From Squalus acanthias (lineage: Eukaryota): 64,000 nucleotides of DNA. The notes under the pieces were generated by a model. That model searched no databases and had not been told where the DNA came from. It saw only the letters and a list, made by a program, of their open reading frames with translations. The stretch covers positions 22,446,001-22,510,000 of the forward strand of contig CM059433.1 in assembly GCA_030390025.1 (NCBI GenBank), written 5' to 3'. Both the position numbers and the translations under genes were made by a program. Of this stretch, positions 50,989 to 63,001 are shown piece by piece. Every line of letters begins with the position of its first letter. Within the stretch, counting starts at the first letter, position 1.

Positions 50989-51836
50989 AGGGAACTTTAA
51001 CCTAAAAAACGGGTGGGTTTGGAGTGCGGGGGTAGTTAAATTGTTAAAAATCGGATTCCTGACCTGAACCTGCCTCAACAGGCCATACGGGAAGCAAGAC
51101 GGGGGCGGGCAGCCAACCCGCTCCCAGGAGGCGGGGCGTCAATTTAAATATTATAATGAGGCTGGAAGCCTCTTTTTTAACCTCCATTTTGTTTTTAACT
51201 GCATGTGGACGGGTTTTACACACATCGTAAAACCCAGCAGTCACAGCAAGGCAGGGATTGCCAGATCCAGGAGGTAAGTGCCTTTATACCTACCTCCTGG
51301 ATCTAGGGTCCCTGCTAAGCACACCCCCCGCGATCAGAGACCCCCCCACGAAGCCTCCGATCACTCCCCCATGCCTCCCCCCCACCTCCACTGATGATGC
51401 TGAGGCCGGCCACGATTGCCCTTCACCCACCACTCCCCCATACTCCGGTGGTCGGCCACGATCTTCTCTTCACCTCCCACCGCCCCCGCCACAACCGATC
51501 ATCCGGCCCCGATCCTCTCCCCTCCAGTCGATGCTCTTAACGGCCCGGCCTGACCCCCGATCTTCTGCCAACCCCCCCCCCCCAACCCCCCCAGCCGATC
51601 CTTTTAATGGCCCGGCCCCCTCGCAAACCCTCCCTCCTTCCTTGTGCAGCCTAGTGCCGCAGGCCTACCCACCCGCAGCCAGCCAGCCTCTCAATGTGGC
51701 TGGCTGCGGGCGGGAAACCGAGGTCTCGAATTCAAATCAGAGCCCTGCCGTTAAAGTCAGCAGCACCTGTGGGAAACCCAGCCTCCCGGGTTTCCCCCCC
51801 CCCCACCAACCCACCATCCTCCTTAAAATCCAGCCC
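50989..51836. mobile_element. Harbinger-type MITE, inverted homolog of 25321-26129
   Basis: Ends AGGGAACTTTAA / TTAAAATCCAGCCC; shared GCAGGCCTACCC..GCCAGCC block. Confidence 0.8.
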
Positions 51837-52159
51837 AAGGTGAGGGGTCCTGCTGGTAGAAGGCTTTACCCAGCCCACAGGGTCTATAGGCCAAGACTTA
51901 CTTTCTTGGATATTTCTGAGGAGCAGTGCACAAGGAGGCTGTGCTGGACCTGCTGGATCAGGGGGCCATGCGATACCAGTGGCTGTCAACGAGTCCACTG
52001 CCCATATCCTTTGCTCCACAGGCTTCTTCCAGGCTGCTACAGGGGCCATCACTGTCATCTCTCAGTCTGCAATGCAGAAGCAAGCAGTTTTCTTCTCCTT
52101 GCCGGGCGACTGTAGCCCTCATCTCTATCACCCTCAGCAGAGCTGGGAGGGGATCTCAC

Positions 52160-52273
52160 ACTGTGGGAGTACCTTCACCACACAGACTGCAGCGGTTCTC
52201 AAGGACAACTAGGGATAGGCAATAAATGCTGGCCTTGCCAGCGACGCGCACATCCCATGAACAAATAAAAAAA
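52160..52273 (+). mobile_element. Zenon-like LINE 3' tail fragment
   Basis: GGCAATAAATGCTGGCCTTGCCAGCGACGCGCACATCCCATGAACAAATAAAAAAA. Confidence 0.8.
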
Positions 52274-53440
52274 AGTGCTTCTGAGTGAGAAGGGAATGGC
52301 GCTAATGTGTGCTGTGGAGGGAGCAAGGAAGAGGTGAGTGTGTGTTAGTAATGAGAATGAGAAGTGGCACAGTGTGGACTTGTGCTGGGTGATGAAGGAT
52401 GTGATGGAGGGGAGGAAATTGTTCAGTGTTGGGGGATGGGGGAAAGGACAGATGCCATGCGTTGGTGAAAGAGCTGTGGAAATGAAGAGCTGTACTCACC
52501 CTTGCTACTCTTGTGAGGACATTGAAGGGCTTCCTACACTGGAGCCAGGTTCTAGGGTGATGCTCTTGGAGATGACAATCTCTGAAATCTCTCTCCATAC
52601 CTGGTGGACTTGGTTTTTTGAGATCCTCCTGACACTAGCTGGAAAAAGAACTTCCCTCCTCACCCTGTCATCTTCCAGCAGAACCTCCTGGGAGGCCTTG
52701 GAGAACCTGGGGGCTTGCCTGCGACTCATGCTGAATCAATTTCTTGCTGCACCACTCCACTAGTGAACTCACCCAGAAGGGAGTGAAACCTCACTTTAAA
52801 ACGGGCTCTAGTTGACCTGCTTGAAATAGTGCTCTGGAAGTGGGTAGGTGTCCTGGTGGGTCAGTGAATGGGGTGGGAAGCCTACCGGTGATCTTCCAAT
52901 GTGGCGCTGGAGTTAAGAAACCCCGGGCTGTCGCGGGTGAATTGTGAAATGACACCAAAACACACCCACTGAAAAATATCCCAGAGTTAAAATTTTGGGG
53001 CCATGTTTCTACACCCCTGGATTTCTCTGTCCACTCTGCTAAGAATCCGAACATTTGCGAGGATATTTTCCTCTTTGTGTTAATTTTTAGTAAAAAATAG
53101 ATGTTAGGGAACAAAGAAAGTGCTAATGAACTTTTTATCCACTTGTACTGCTTCTCTGAGTCATCCTAAAAAATGTTAACAAAAATGATTAGGAAAAAAA
53201 ATCCTTTGTTCAGGATTGTTAAGACCTCGTTAAAGGCCAAATATGCAAAACTCAGGCAAGTTTGAAGTTAAAAATTAACATTGAACTCTGCACTCCAGGT
53301 CAGAACATGTATTAGCTTAAGTGTCATCACAGTTATTGTTGTTATTAATAATATTAATACAGACCAGTTTATTGCAAATAAAACAAGTAAATAACTCTGG
53401 GTACAGAAACAAAGGAAAAATATACTGACTTGTTGACAAT

Positions 53441-56400
53441 TTATTTTTTATTCATTCATGGGATGTGGGTGTTGCTGGCAAAGCCAACATTTTATTGCCC
53501 ATCCCTAATTGCCCTTGAGAAGGTGGTGGTGAGCTGCCTTCTTGAACCGCTGCAGTCCGTGTGGTGAAGGTACTCCCACAGTGCTGTTAGGGAGGGAGTT
53601 CCAGGATCTTGACCCAGCGACGATGAAGGAACGGTGATATATTTCCAAGTCAGGATGGTGTGTGACTTGGAGGGAAACTTGGAGGTGGTGGTGTTCACAT
53701 GTGCCTGCTGCCCTTGTCCTTCTAGATGGTAGAGGTCACGGGTTTGGGAGGTGCTGCCAAAGGAGCCTTGGCGAGTTGCTGCAGTGCATCTTGTAGATGG
53801 TACACACTGCCGCCACGGTGCGCCAGTGGTGGAGGGAACGAATATTTAAGGTGGTGGCTGGGGTGCCAATCAAGTGGGCTGCTTTGTCTTGGATGGTGCC
53901 GAGCTTCTTGAGTGTTGTTAGAGCTGCACTCATCCAGGCTAGTGGAGAGTATTCCATCACACTCCTGACTTGTGCCTTGTAGATGGAGGAAAGGCTTTGG
54001 GAAGTCAGGAGGTGAGACACTCACCACAGAATACCCAGCCTCTGACCTGCTCTTGTAGCTACAGTATTTATATGGCTGGTCCAGTTAAGTTTCTGGTCAA
54101 TGGTGACCCCCAGGATGTTGATGGTGGGTGATTCGGCGATGGTAATGCCACTGAATATCAAGGGGCGGTGGTTGGACTGCTTCTTTATCTGAGGAGTTGC
54201 TAATGAAACTGAACACTGTGCAATCATCAGTGAACATCCCCACTTCTGACCTTATGATGGAGGGAAGGTCATTGATGAAGCAGCTGAAGGTGGTTGGGCC
54301 TAGGACACTGTCCTGAGGAACTTTTGCAGCAATGTCCTGGGGCTGAGATGATTGACCTCCAACAATTCTGCTGTTGCTGATGGCCCGCAGTCCCTCATGG
54401 ATGCCCAGTTTTTAGCTAGGTATGGCTCCAGCCAGTGGAGAGTTTTCCCCTGATTCCCATTGACTTCAATTTTAATAGGGCTCCTTGATGCCACACTCGG
54501 TCAAATGCTGCCTTGATGTCAAGGGCAGTCACTTGCACCTCACCTCTGCAATTCAGCTGTTTTGTCCATGTTTGGATCAACGCTGTAATGAGGTCTGGAG
54601 CCAAGTGGTCCTGGCGGAACCCAAACTGAACATTGGTGAGCAGGTTATTAATGAGTAAGAACCACTTGATAGCACTGTCGATATCACCTTCCATCACTTT
54701 GCTGATGATTGAGAATAGACTGATGGGGCGGTAATTGGCCGGGTTGGCTTTGTCCTGCTTTTTCTGGACAGGACATACCTGGGCAGTTTTCCACATTGTC
54801 GGGTAGATGCCAGTGTTGTAGTTGTACTGGAACAGCTTGGCTAGAGGCGCGGCTAGTTCTGGAGCACAAGTCTTCAGCACGATAGCCAGGATGTAGTCAG
54901 GGCCCATAGCCTTTGCTGTATCCAGTACGCTCAGCCATATCTTGATATCATGTGGAGTGAATCGAATTGGCTGAAGACTGGCTTCTGTTATGGCGGGGAC
55001 CTCAGGAGGAGGCCGATATGGATCATCCACTCGGTACTTCTGGCTGAAGATGGTTGCAAACGCTTCAGCCTTGTCTTTTGCACTCACGTGCTGGGCTCTG
55101 TCATCTTTGAGGATAGGGATGTTCATCGAGCCACCTCCTCTCGTTAGTTGTTTAATTGTCCACCACCATTCATGACTGGATGTGGCAGGACTGCAGAGCT
55201 TTGATCTAATCCGTTGATTGTGGGATCGCTTAGCCCTGTCTATAGCATGCTGCTTCTGCTGTTTAGCATGCATGTAGTCCAGTGTTGCAGCTTCCCCGGG
55301 TTGGCAACTCATTTTTAAGTACACTTGGTGCTGCTCCTGGCATGCTCTTCTGCATTCCTCATTGAACCGGGGTTGGTTCCCTGCCTTGATGGTAATGGTA
55401 GAGTGAGGGATATGTCTGGCCATGAGGTTACATATTATAGTGGAATGCAATTCTGCTGCTGCTAATGGCCCACAGCGCCTCATGGATGCTCAGTTTTGAG
55501 CTGCTAGATCTGTTCTGAATCTATCTCATTTAGCACGGTGGTAGTGCCACACAACACGATGGAGGGTGTCGTCAGTGTGAAGATGGGATTTCGTCTCCAC
55601 AAGGACTGTGCGGTGGCCAATGCTGTCATGGACAGATGCATCTGCGACAGGTAGATTCGTGAGGACGAGGTCAAGTAGGTTTTTCTCTCGTGTTGGTTCT
55701 CACCACCTGCCGCAGTCCCAGTCTGGCAGCTATGTCCTTCAGGACTCGGCCAGTAGTGGTGCTACCGAGTCACACTTGGTGATGGACTTTGAAGTCCTCA
55801 ACCCAGAGTACATTCTGTGCCCTTGCTACCCTCAGTGCTTCTTCCAAGTGGTGTTCAACATGGAGGAGTACTGATTCAGCAGATGAGGGAGGGTGGTAGG
55901 TCATAATCAGCAAGTGGTTTTCTTGCCCATGCTTGAGCTGAAGCCATGAGACTTCATGGGGTCCGGAGTCAATGTTGAGGACTCCCAGGACCACTCCCTC
56001 CCGACTGTATACCACTGTGCCGCCACCCCTGGTTTGTCTGTCCTGCCGCTGGGAACAGGACATACCCAGCAATGGACATTGGCTGAAAGGTATGATTATG
56101 TGAGGCTGTTGCTTGACTAGTCTGTGGGACAGCCACAGTCCCCAGATTTTAGTGAGGAGCACTTTGCAGGGTTGACTGGGCTGGGTGTGCCGTTGTTGTG
56201 TCTGAAGCCGGTGCCGAGGTCGATGCCAGGTGGTCTGTCCAGTTTTATTCTTATTATTGTTTTCCGTAGCGGTTGTGTACAACTGAGTGGCTTGCTAGGA
56301 CATTTCAGAGAGCAGTTAAGTGTCAACCACATTGCTGTGTCTGGAGTCACATATAGGCCAGACCAGGTAAAGACAGCAGATTTCCTTCCCTAAAGGACAG

Positions 56401-56592
56401 ATGGGTTTTTACAACAATCCGGTAGTTTCATGGTTACCATTACTGATACTAGCTTTTTATTCCAGATTTATTTAATTAACTAAATTTAAATTCCCCAGCT
56501 GCCGTAGTGGGATTTGAACTCACGTCTCCAGATCATTAGTCTAGTCCAGGCCTCTGGATTACTAGTCCAGTAACATAACCACTATGCTCCGT
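53441..56592 (-). mobile_element. Near full-length CR1-group (Zenon-like) LINE: tRNA-like head, APE endonuclease, RT
   Basis: APE KVLLTKIWGL, DRQTRGGGTVVY, TYHPPS, DFKVHH; RT ANYRPISL, ALDIKAAFDRVWH, VPQDSVLGP; frameshifted. Confidence 0.88.
56500..56592 (-). promoter_or_regulatory. tRNA-derived Pol III head (A and B boxes)
   Basis: A-box AGCATAGTGG; anticodon-like arm CTGGA-CTAGTAA-TCCAG; B-box GAGTTCAAATCC (56510-56521). Confidence 0.7.
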
Positions 56593-56983
56593 TCCTGGTA
56601 TTTTCACTGTAACAATTCTATTTGTTCCTTATGGTGACATGGTGACACAATACAGGTTACATCTGAACTGTTTTTATTCCAGCCCCAATTATAACTGTAG
56701 CTATTGCATATAAATATATTGATTTAATTACTGTCAGACTACAGCAAGATGGCAGCTCATGAAACAGCTGAATGGAAAAATTACTTTTCTCAAGAGATAA
56801 TAGCAATATGAATATTCAGCTTTGGTGATTTACTTGTATAACTGATTAGTAGGCTGAAAGAATAAGTATAGTTGAGATGTTCTTTATGCTTTAGAATGTT
56901 CGTGTTACCCATAAATCATTTTGCACAGTGATGTGAAAGCATTAGTATTTAATAATTAAATTACAAAGTATGCGTTATTCTCA

Positions 56984-57825
56984 GGGGGAAAAATTCGGTT
57001 GGTTAGCGTCTCCCATTAGCGCCTCCGGGGAGCGCTAATGGGGCGCTAGCAACTTAGCGCCCGAGCGCGGCGATTTTAGTGTCGCTCGCGAAATTGACCT
57101 GTTGTTTTGCGCTGGCGCTAAACACTACCGCCACGATCTCCTGTGCCCGCAGATTGTGACGTCATGCAAGCGTTAGGGTTAGGGTTAGGGTTAGTGCCCT
57201 GGACCGGATATTGAGTCATGCCCCCTGCCATAGCACCTGCCGCTAGGAACGACAGGTAGAGGGGAACGTTTTCATGTCGGGAAGGGGCTGGCGGAGCGCT
57301 ATTTAAAGGCGGGCGTTTCCTGCTTTTTCTTGTCGGCAAAATTTTTGGTAATCGCAGGTTGAGAGGGAGAGAGACGTCTGGCGAGATTTAACGCTGTCCT
57401 AAGGAGTTTTGGTCCTCAGCACCACTTTTGAGGTTCCTAAGCGCCGAGCTCTTTCCCTGGGCCTATTCATTAGTGCTTCCAACACAATTGCTTTAGAGGT
57501 CTCTCCAGGCCGAGATTCAAGGCTGCAATGAGCAGGGTGTGGCTGGCCAGCAAGATGGCCCCTCCCCTTTAAGAACTGGACGGCGCCAGTCTGTCTGGCT
57601 TCCATGGTAACTGACATCGCCTGAGCCTCGGTAGCGTTCTGAGGTAGCGCCTCGCTCCTCGACGTTTGCGCCTTAAGAGAGGTGTGTAGCGCTTGATTTA
57701 CCGCTCAAATTACCTCCAGGGGCGATAGAGGCAAATTTTGCAGTCGGAGGCGATAATTGGCGCCGGGCACTAAACTTTGCGCCTGGATTAGCGCCCCAAA
57801 ATGGGCGATACCCAATTTTTTCCCC
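56984..57825. mobile_element. CpG-rich Harbinger-type MITE containing (TTAGGG)3
   Basis: TIR GGGGGAAAAATTCGG / CCCAATTTTTTCCCC; flanks TCA/TAA; many TAGCGCC subterminal motifs. Confidence 0.8.
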
Positions 57826-58024
57826 TAAATTTCTCTTGTCAATACCATCCTGAAAGATTTACCTTAGATTTCCATACTAAAAATCGGTCTAATTGTGAAG
57901 ACAATAGTTGTGCAGTCGCTATAAAATATCTGTCAGAAACTGTTATAAGGATGAAACAAATATTTAATATAATCAATAAAATATGTGGAAAGAATCAAGC
58001 AATACTCACATTGTGGCCTGTAAA

Positions 58025-58225
58025 TCATAGAATCATAGAAATATACAGCACAGAAGGAGGCCATTCAGCCCATCGTGTCGTAAATGGGTTTCCTTTAAGA
58101 ACATAAGAAATAGGAGCAGGAGTAGGCCATTCAGCCCTTCGAGCCTGCTCCACCATTCAAGAAGATCATGGCTGATCATCGCCCTAAACTCCTCTTTCCC
58201 GCCCGATCTCCATATCCCTTTAACC
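58025..58225 (-). mobile_element. Two adjacent CR1-type 3' tails
   Basis: CATAGAATCATAGAA..GGAGGCCATTCAGCCC and AAGAACATAAGAAATAGGAGCAGGAGTAGGCC. Confidence 0.7.
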
Positions 58226-59129
58226 ATCATGATATATATATTTGAAATAAATCTGTCAATTTTCCTGTCATGGACGCAACACATTGTACTTATCTAAAGT
58301 GATGTTATGATTATATGCTGCGTTACTATCAGTAGAACACCTCCATCTAAATTAGTGTCATACACATAATAAAACCACCTCTCCAACTCTGAAATCACTA
58401 ATCGCCACTAGACAAATATACCAGTCAACTATGAAGAAATGATTAAAATAATACGTACATATAAGAATATTGAGAGAATGTTTTTGGTATTGTGTTGGGG
58501 GAGGGGTAATGTTTTGTTTAAATAACTGACGTAGAGGTGTGTTCAGAACCCCCAAAATACCCGTTTTCACCTCCTTTGTAAGCCAAGCCAAACCCAGTTC
58601 TGCATAAGATTAAGGAAGGAAAGTATTTGTGGGAAAAGATCCAAAAATGCCAACTAGCTAGTTTTGGCTCAGTTTATTTGGTGACGGTAACATAATATGC
58701 TCACACGCAAAATTTCATTTATTCAAAGTATAATCCTTCAAATCAGGTAAAGTACTTACAACTAAGATATCACAATAGCTTAGCTAGGAAACAAGGTCTG
58801 GCGAATGTACAGAACTTGAGATCAAACTTCCAAGGTCTACGCAAGTCCCATTCCAATTTGCCACCTATTTATACCTTTCTGATCACTAATCTAAATGCCC
58901 TTATAAGGCATGCAACTACCTCTCCTGTTGGTAACACATTTTCTTGATAGATGTGAGCCATTCTGAGTACTCAGTCACATTTCAATTAAAAACAATATAT
59001 GGTTCGATCAATCCAGATTAAACAGTAAATGTTCTAGTCTATGCGCATGTCATATGATACTGCTACTCTCCATTTTCTCTTATTCACTAAGCCTCTTGTT
59101 TTCTAAAGTAGAATTGGAATTGATGCAGC

Positions 59130-59430
59130 GCATTTCACATCCTCAAGACATCTCAACGTGCTCCACAGCCAATGAGTACTTTTGCAATGTAATCATCGTT
59201 GTAATGTAAACAAATGCAGCAGCCATTTTTGTTCACAGTGAGGTCCCACAAATGGCGAAGAGACGAATGACTTGATAATCTGATTTAGTGATGTTAGTTG
59301 AGGGGTAAATTTTATCTAGTACACCGGGAGAGCGCCCCTGCTCTTCTTCAAATAGTGCCATGGGCATCTCATTAAAAAGGCAGCACCTCTGACAGTGCGG
59401 TACTTCTCTGTCATTGAGGCGAGAGTGCCA
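59130..59430 (-). mobile_element. Deu-domain SINE
   Basis: CCCCTGCTCTTCTTCAAATAGTGCCATGGG; GTTAGTTGAGGGGTAAAT. Confidence 0.7.
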
Positions 59431-60399
59431 CTGCTGAGTCACGGCTGACACCATAACATTCTCTTGAAATTATGTCAATATTTCCGAAAGCCCTTTTCAT
59501 ATCAGCAATAGAATACAATCAGCATGCAGGTATGAGGAAAGACAAACCTGTGCTAGGAAGGATTGCTGACTTCCTGACGACTACACTTAATGCACAGGTC
59601 TCCTTGGTATCCACAAAATCGGTATTGTTTATGGGAAGAAAAGCTGCATTGAGCCTGCCACGTAAAAACATCCTTTAGAAAATGATGAACTAACTTAATA
59701 TACATTTTTATTAGAATTTGGCTTTAGCTCATAGCTTCATTAATTCTGAGGTTTCCAAAAGTCAAATCTGATAATTGCGGAACAAATTAATATTCTTCAT
59801 AACAGTTCCGTGGTGTGTGAAAGGTCATTTTAAGAAGACAGTTATTTTCATGCTGTTTATTGTCGGGCATATGTTACAAACACATCTTTTTAAAACTGAG
59901 TATACATTTTCTGAGTAGCTTGGCCCTCTTTTCACCTTACAAAAAATTGAAGAGAGTGTTTTAGTAATTTTACCTTGCAATCAATGAAATAAATCTAGGC
60001 ATGTTGAATAGTTGCTGCCCCAGATAATATTGATAGTCTGCTGGCTCTTTGTTATAATTGGGAGAGATTCCAATTATCCATGTTTGAAGTACATTGGATT
60101 GCAAGTGAAGTACCTGATCCTGTCCTGACCGAACAATACAGATGTAACCTGGATCTATAAGAATTTACAAATAAGGTGCTCACAGGCACACTTGGATCAA
60201 TGAGGGGGGAGGAGGGTTAAACTGGTTGAATGTACTAGTAATTTGTATAAAAATGTAATACAATAACTGAAAGGTAATGGTCTGGAAAATATATTTCTGT
60301 AAGCAAATTAATACATTAAGGATATTGGCAGATATGAGGGGAAAAAATTATTCCTGAATTTTAACCCCTGACTACTCAAAATGGCTCCAAATGTTTCCT

Positions 60400-61055
60400 T
60401 CCATATCTATTATGAAAGAGTTTGATAGGATAGACATGGAGAAAATGTTTCCACTTGTGGGGGAGTCCAGCACCAGAGGTCATAAATATAAGGTAGTCAC
60501 TAACAATGTTCCCTCTAATTTTTTTTGCACTGAGTGGGCCACGAACGCCTTTGAGCATGACCTTTTTGTCCGTGGGCAAATTTTACAACAACAACTTTTA
60601 AAACAACAACATATTTTACAACAACCACTTAAAATCATATATACAGTAACGCCATATTGCCACCCCACCGTCTCAAATCACCATTTACTACATTGCTAAG
60701 TTTTGTATCACCCAAGTCCAGGTCATTTATATATACCAAGTAAAGCAATGGTCCTAATACTGACCTCTGGGGGACCCCACTGCATACTGCTCTCCAATCA
60801 GAAAAACAGCTGTTCACCACTACTCTCTGCCTCCTATCCCATAGCCAATTATCTACCCAAGTCCCTTTAATACCATATGCTTCTATTTTCCGAATGTCTG
60901 TTATATGGTACTTCATCAAATGTCTTTTGAAAGTCCATATATGCATCTACCTCATTACCTTCATCAACACTCTCTGTTACTTCATTAAAGAACTTAATCA
61001 GGTTAGTCAGATACGATTTGCCTTTAACAAATCTGCTGGCTGTTCCTTATTAATC
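60400..61055. mobile_element. CR1 fragments (60400-60505 plus strand; 60680-61055 minus strand)
   Basis: MKEFDRIDMEKMFPLVGESSTRGHKYK; WDRRQRVVVN..GVPQRSVLGPLLYLVYINDLD. Confidence 0.8.
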
Positions 61056-61196
61056 CATCTGAACCACAGGAGCAGATTTAACGTCTCATCCAAAAACAAA
61101 TAGACTGGATATTGTTGGTGGAAGGAAAACACTAGACAAACCAAATTACTTGTTCCGTTAAATTTTATTATTACACCAGACATTAGCAATAACTTT

Positions 61197-63001
61197 GGCC
61201 GCGATTTTGTCAGCGCTCAGAGTACGGGTTCAGAGGCGGGTCTGCTGTCAAAATCGAAATGATTGACAGCGGGTTGGGAACCCGCTCCGAACCTGCCTCC
61301 ATGTAAGTTTCCAAAGTGTCGGGTCTGCGATTTCAGAACAGACTCGACACCAAGCGGCGGGGGAGGCATTTAAGATAGTTAAATGCTTGTTTATCGCTTG
61401 TTAACTACGATTTTGCCAGCCTATTTCTATTTTGCCACATTTTTAATGGGGTTCACGTCATTCGGAGATCACGTCAGGTAAGTAGGTCGGGTTCTCTATG
61501 TCTCCCCATTTCTGTGAATAGGTGACAGCTACAAAAGTGGTGTGAAAGCTACCGTTTCACAGCTGGTCACTTTCCAATGTCAGAAGTTTGAGCCTTCAGG
61601 AGTTGGAAGATGCTTTTGAGCTTTATGCAGTTTGGAAGTTTTTGGAGTAAACTCTCTGTCCACTATCACCTCCTTGGAGCAAGCTCTCTCACCACTGACA
61701 GATCGCTTCTGTCATCTCAACTTCAGCTGCCATCTATTCCAGCAACATCGGTGCCCTTGAAAAAATCTCACCTTGGTCCTCTGAATCCCTCCACGATCAG
61801 CCCCAACACCAGCATCACCAGGCACACCAACATCACCAACAACACCACCAACCTTCTCCGCCATCACCTGATGCTGCACAGGACACAGGGCATCAGCACC
61901 TGACAACATTGCTGCCCAGGAGGCCAGCGATGGCATCACCATGGCCAGATTTACTTCACTTGACGCTGTATACCCTGGCTGCCACATGATGCGCCAGGTT
62001 GACACCACCCCACACCAGCACCATAAAGCATCCCTACAATGTCCAAGCCATTTCTTTCACACTCATCACAATTGGGGGGGTGGGGGGGGGAGGGGGGGGG
62101 AGTTATGTCTCAACATTCACTGGAACTCACTAAGACACTTCCAAAGGTGAGCACAGATCTATCCAATAAGGTAAAGTGTTGAAAATATAGATTTCAATGT
62201 TTGACAACACATTAACAGAAACTTCACATGAGCATTGGCTAAACCACCCAGGTGCCTACCCTTGTGTGTTGTTAGTTGGTATGCTTGCAGTTGGATGAGG
62301 GTGAGTGTGAGGGGTGGCTAGTGAGATGGGGAAGTGATAATGTAGATATAGAGGGATGGGTGGAGGTGCAAGGTAAGTTGGTGTGAGCAAAGATGTGCAG
62401 GCGTAGGGTAGGGAAGGCAGAGTGATGGGGATGTGATGAGTGGCACAGCAGGATGAGGTTGAGTGTGGCTTGACTGTAACGTTTCGAGATCTGCTCAGAT
62501 CATTGAAAGGCTTGTGCCACTGTAGCCTGGTCCTCCTGATGACATCCCTGCTTCTGCCCTCCACGCAATGTGCAACCAGGCTGCATTGATCTCCTGGGGA
62601 GGTCTCTTCCACCCATTGGAAGGGAAGAGAACCTCCCTGCGTGCTGTGACTCCCTCCATAAGCATATGGAGGGAGTCATGGGAGAGCCTGGGTACAGCCG
62701 TGCACCTTTGTGCAGTGATTGTCAGTGTTGGCAGCACCTCAATGCTATAGAATACTGACAGCAGAACTGTCAAGATCAATTTGGACATGGCCCTTTTAAG
62801 GAAACCGGCTGATGACGCGTCATCAAATGACATCATCAGACCCGCTTCCTGTTAATTGGCTGGGAACCTCACAGGACAGGCTTAACAAGCCCAATGAATG
62901 AAATGTCGCTTGGAGAGTGTGGGCTTCAGTAGGCAGCGGGCTGGGACCGTGACACCAACCCTGGCCGCCCCGGACCCGCCTTGGTCAGCGAAATCACGGC
63001 C
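61197..63001. mobile_element. Internally deleted Harbinger element
   Basis: TIR GGCCGCGATTTTG / CGAAATCACGGCC; TSD TTT/TTT; Myb (-) ~62480-62720 VPRLSHDSLHMLMEGVTARREVLFP..LQWHKPFNDL. Confidence 0.85.

Larger units (their letters stand above)
50468..53002. mobile_element. Decayed Harbinger element with nested MITE and LINE tail
   Basis: Transposase N-terminus (+) RRLYPAHRVYRPRLTFLDISEEQCTRRLC and TGFFQAATGAITVISQSA; Myb (-) 52500-52729 RQAPRFSKASQEVLLE..RREVLFP..WLQCRKPFNVLTRVAR|GTGAGT. Confidence 0.8.

Noticed and set aside
51258..52115. 285-aa proline-rich ORF
   Set aside because: GC-rich MITE interior read through into a transposase remnant; same for the 25413-25948 ORFs
56500..56592. 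Functional tRNA gene
   Set aside because: Oversized insertion between the anticodon arm and B-box and no convincing acceptor stem; it is a retroelement head
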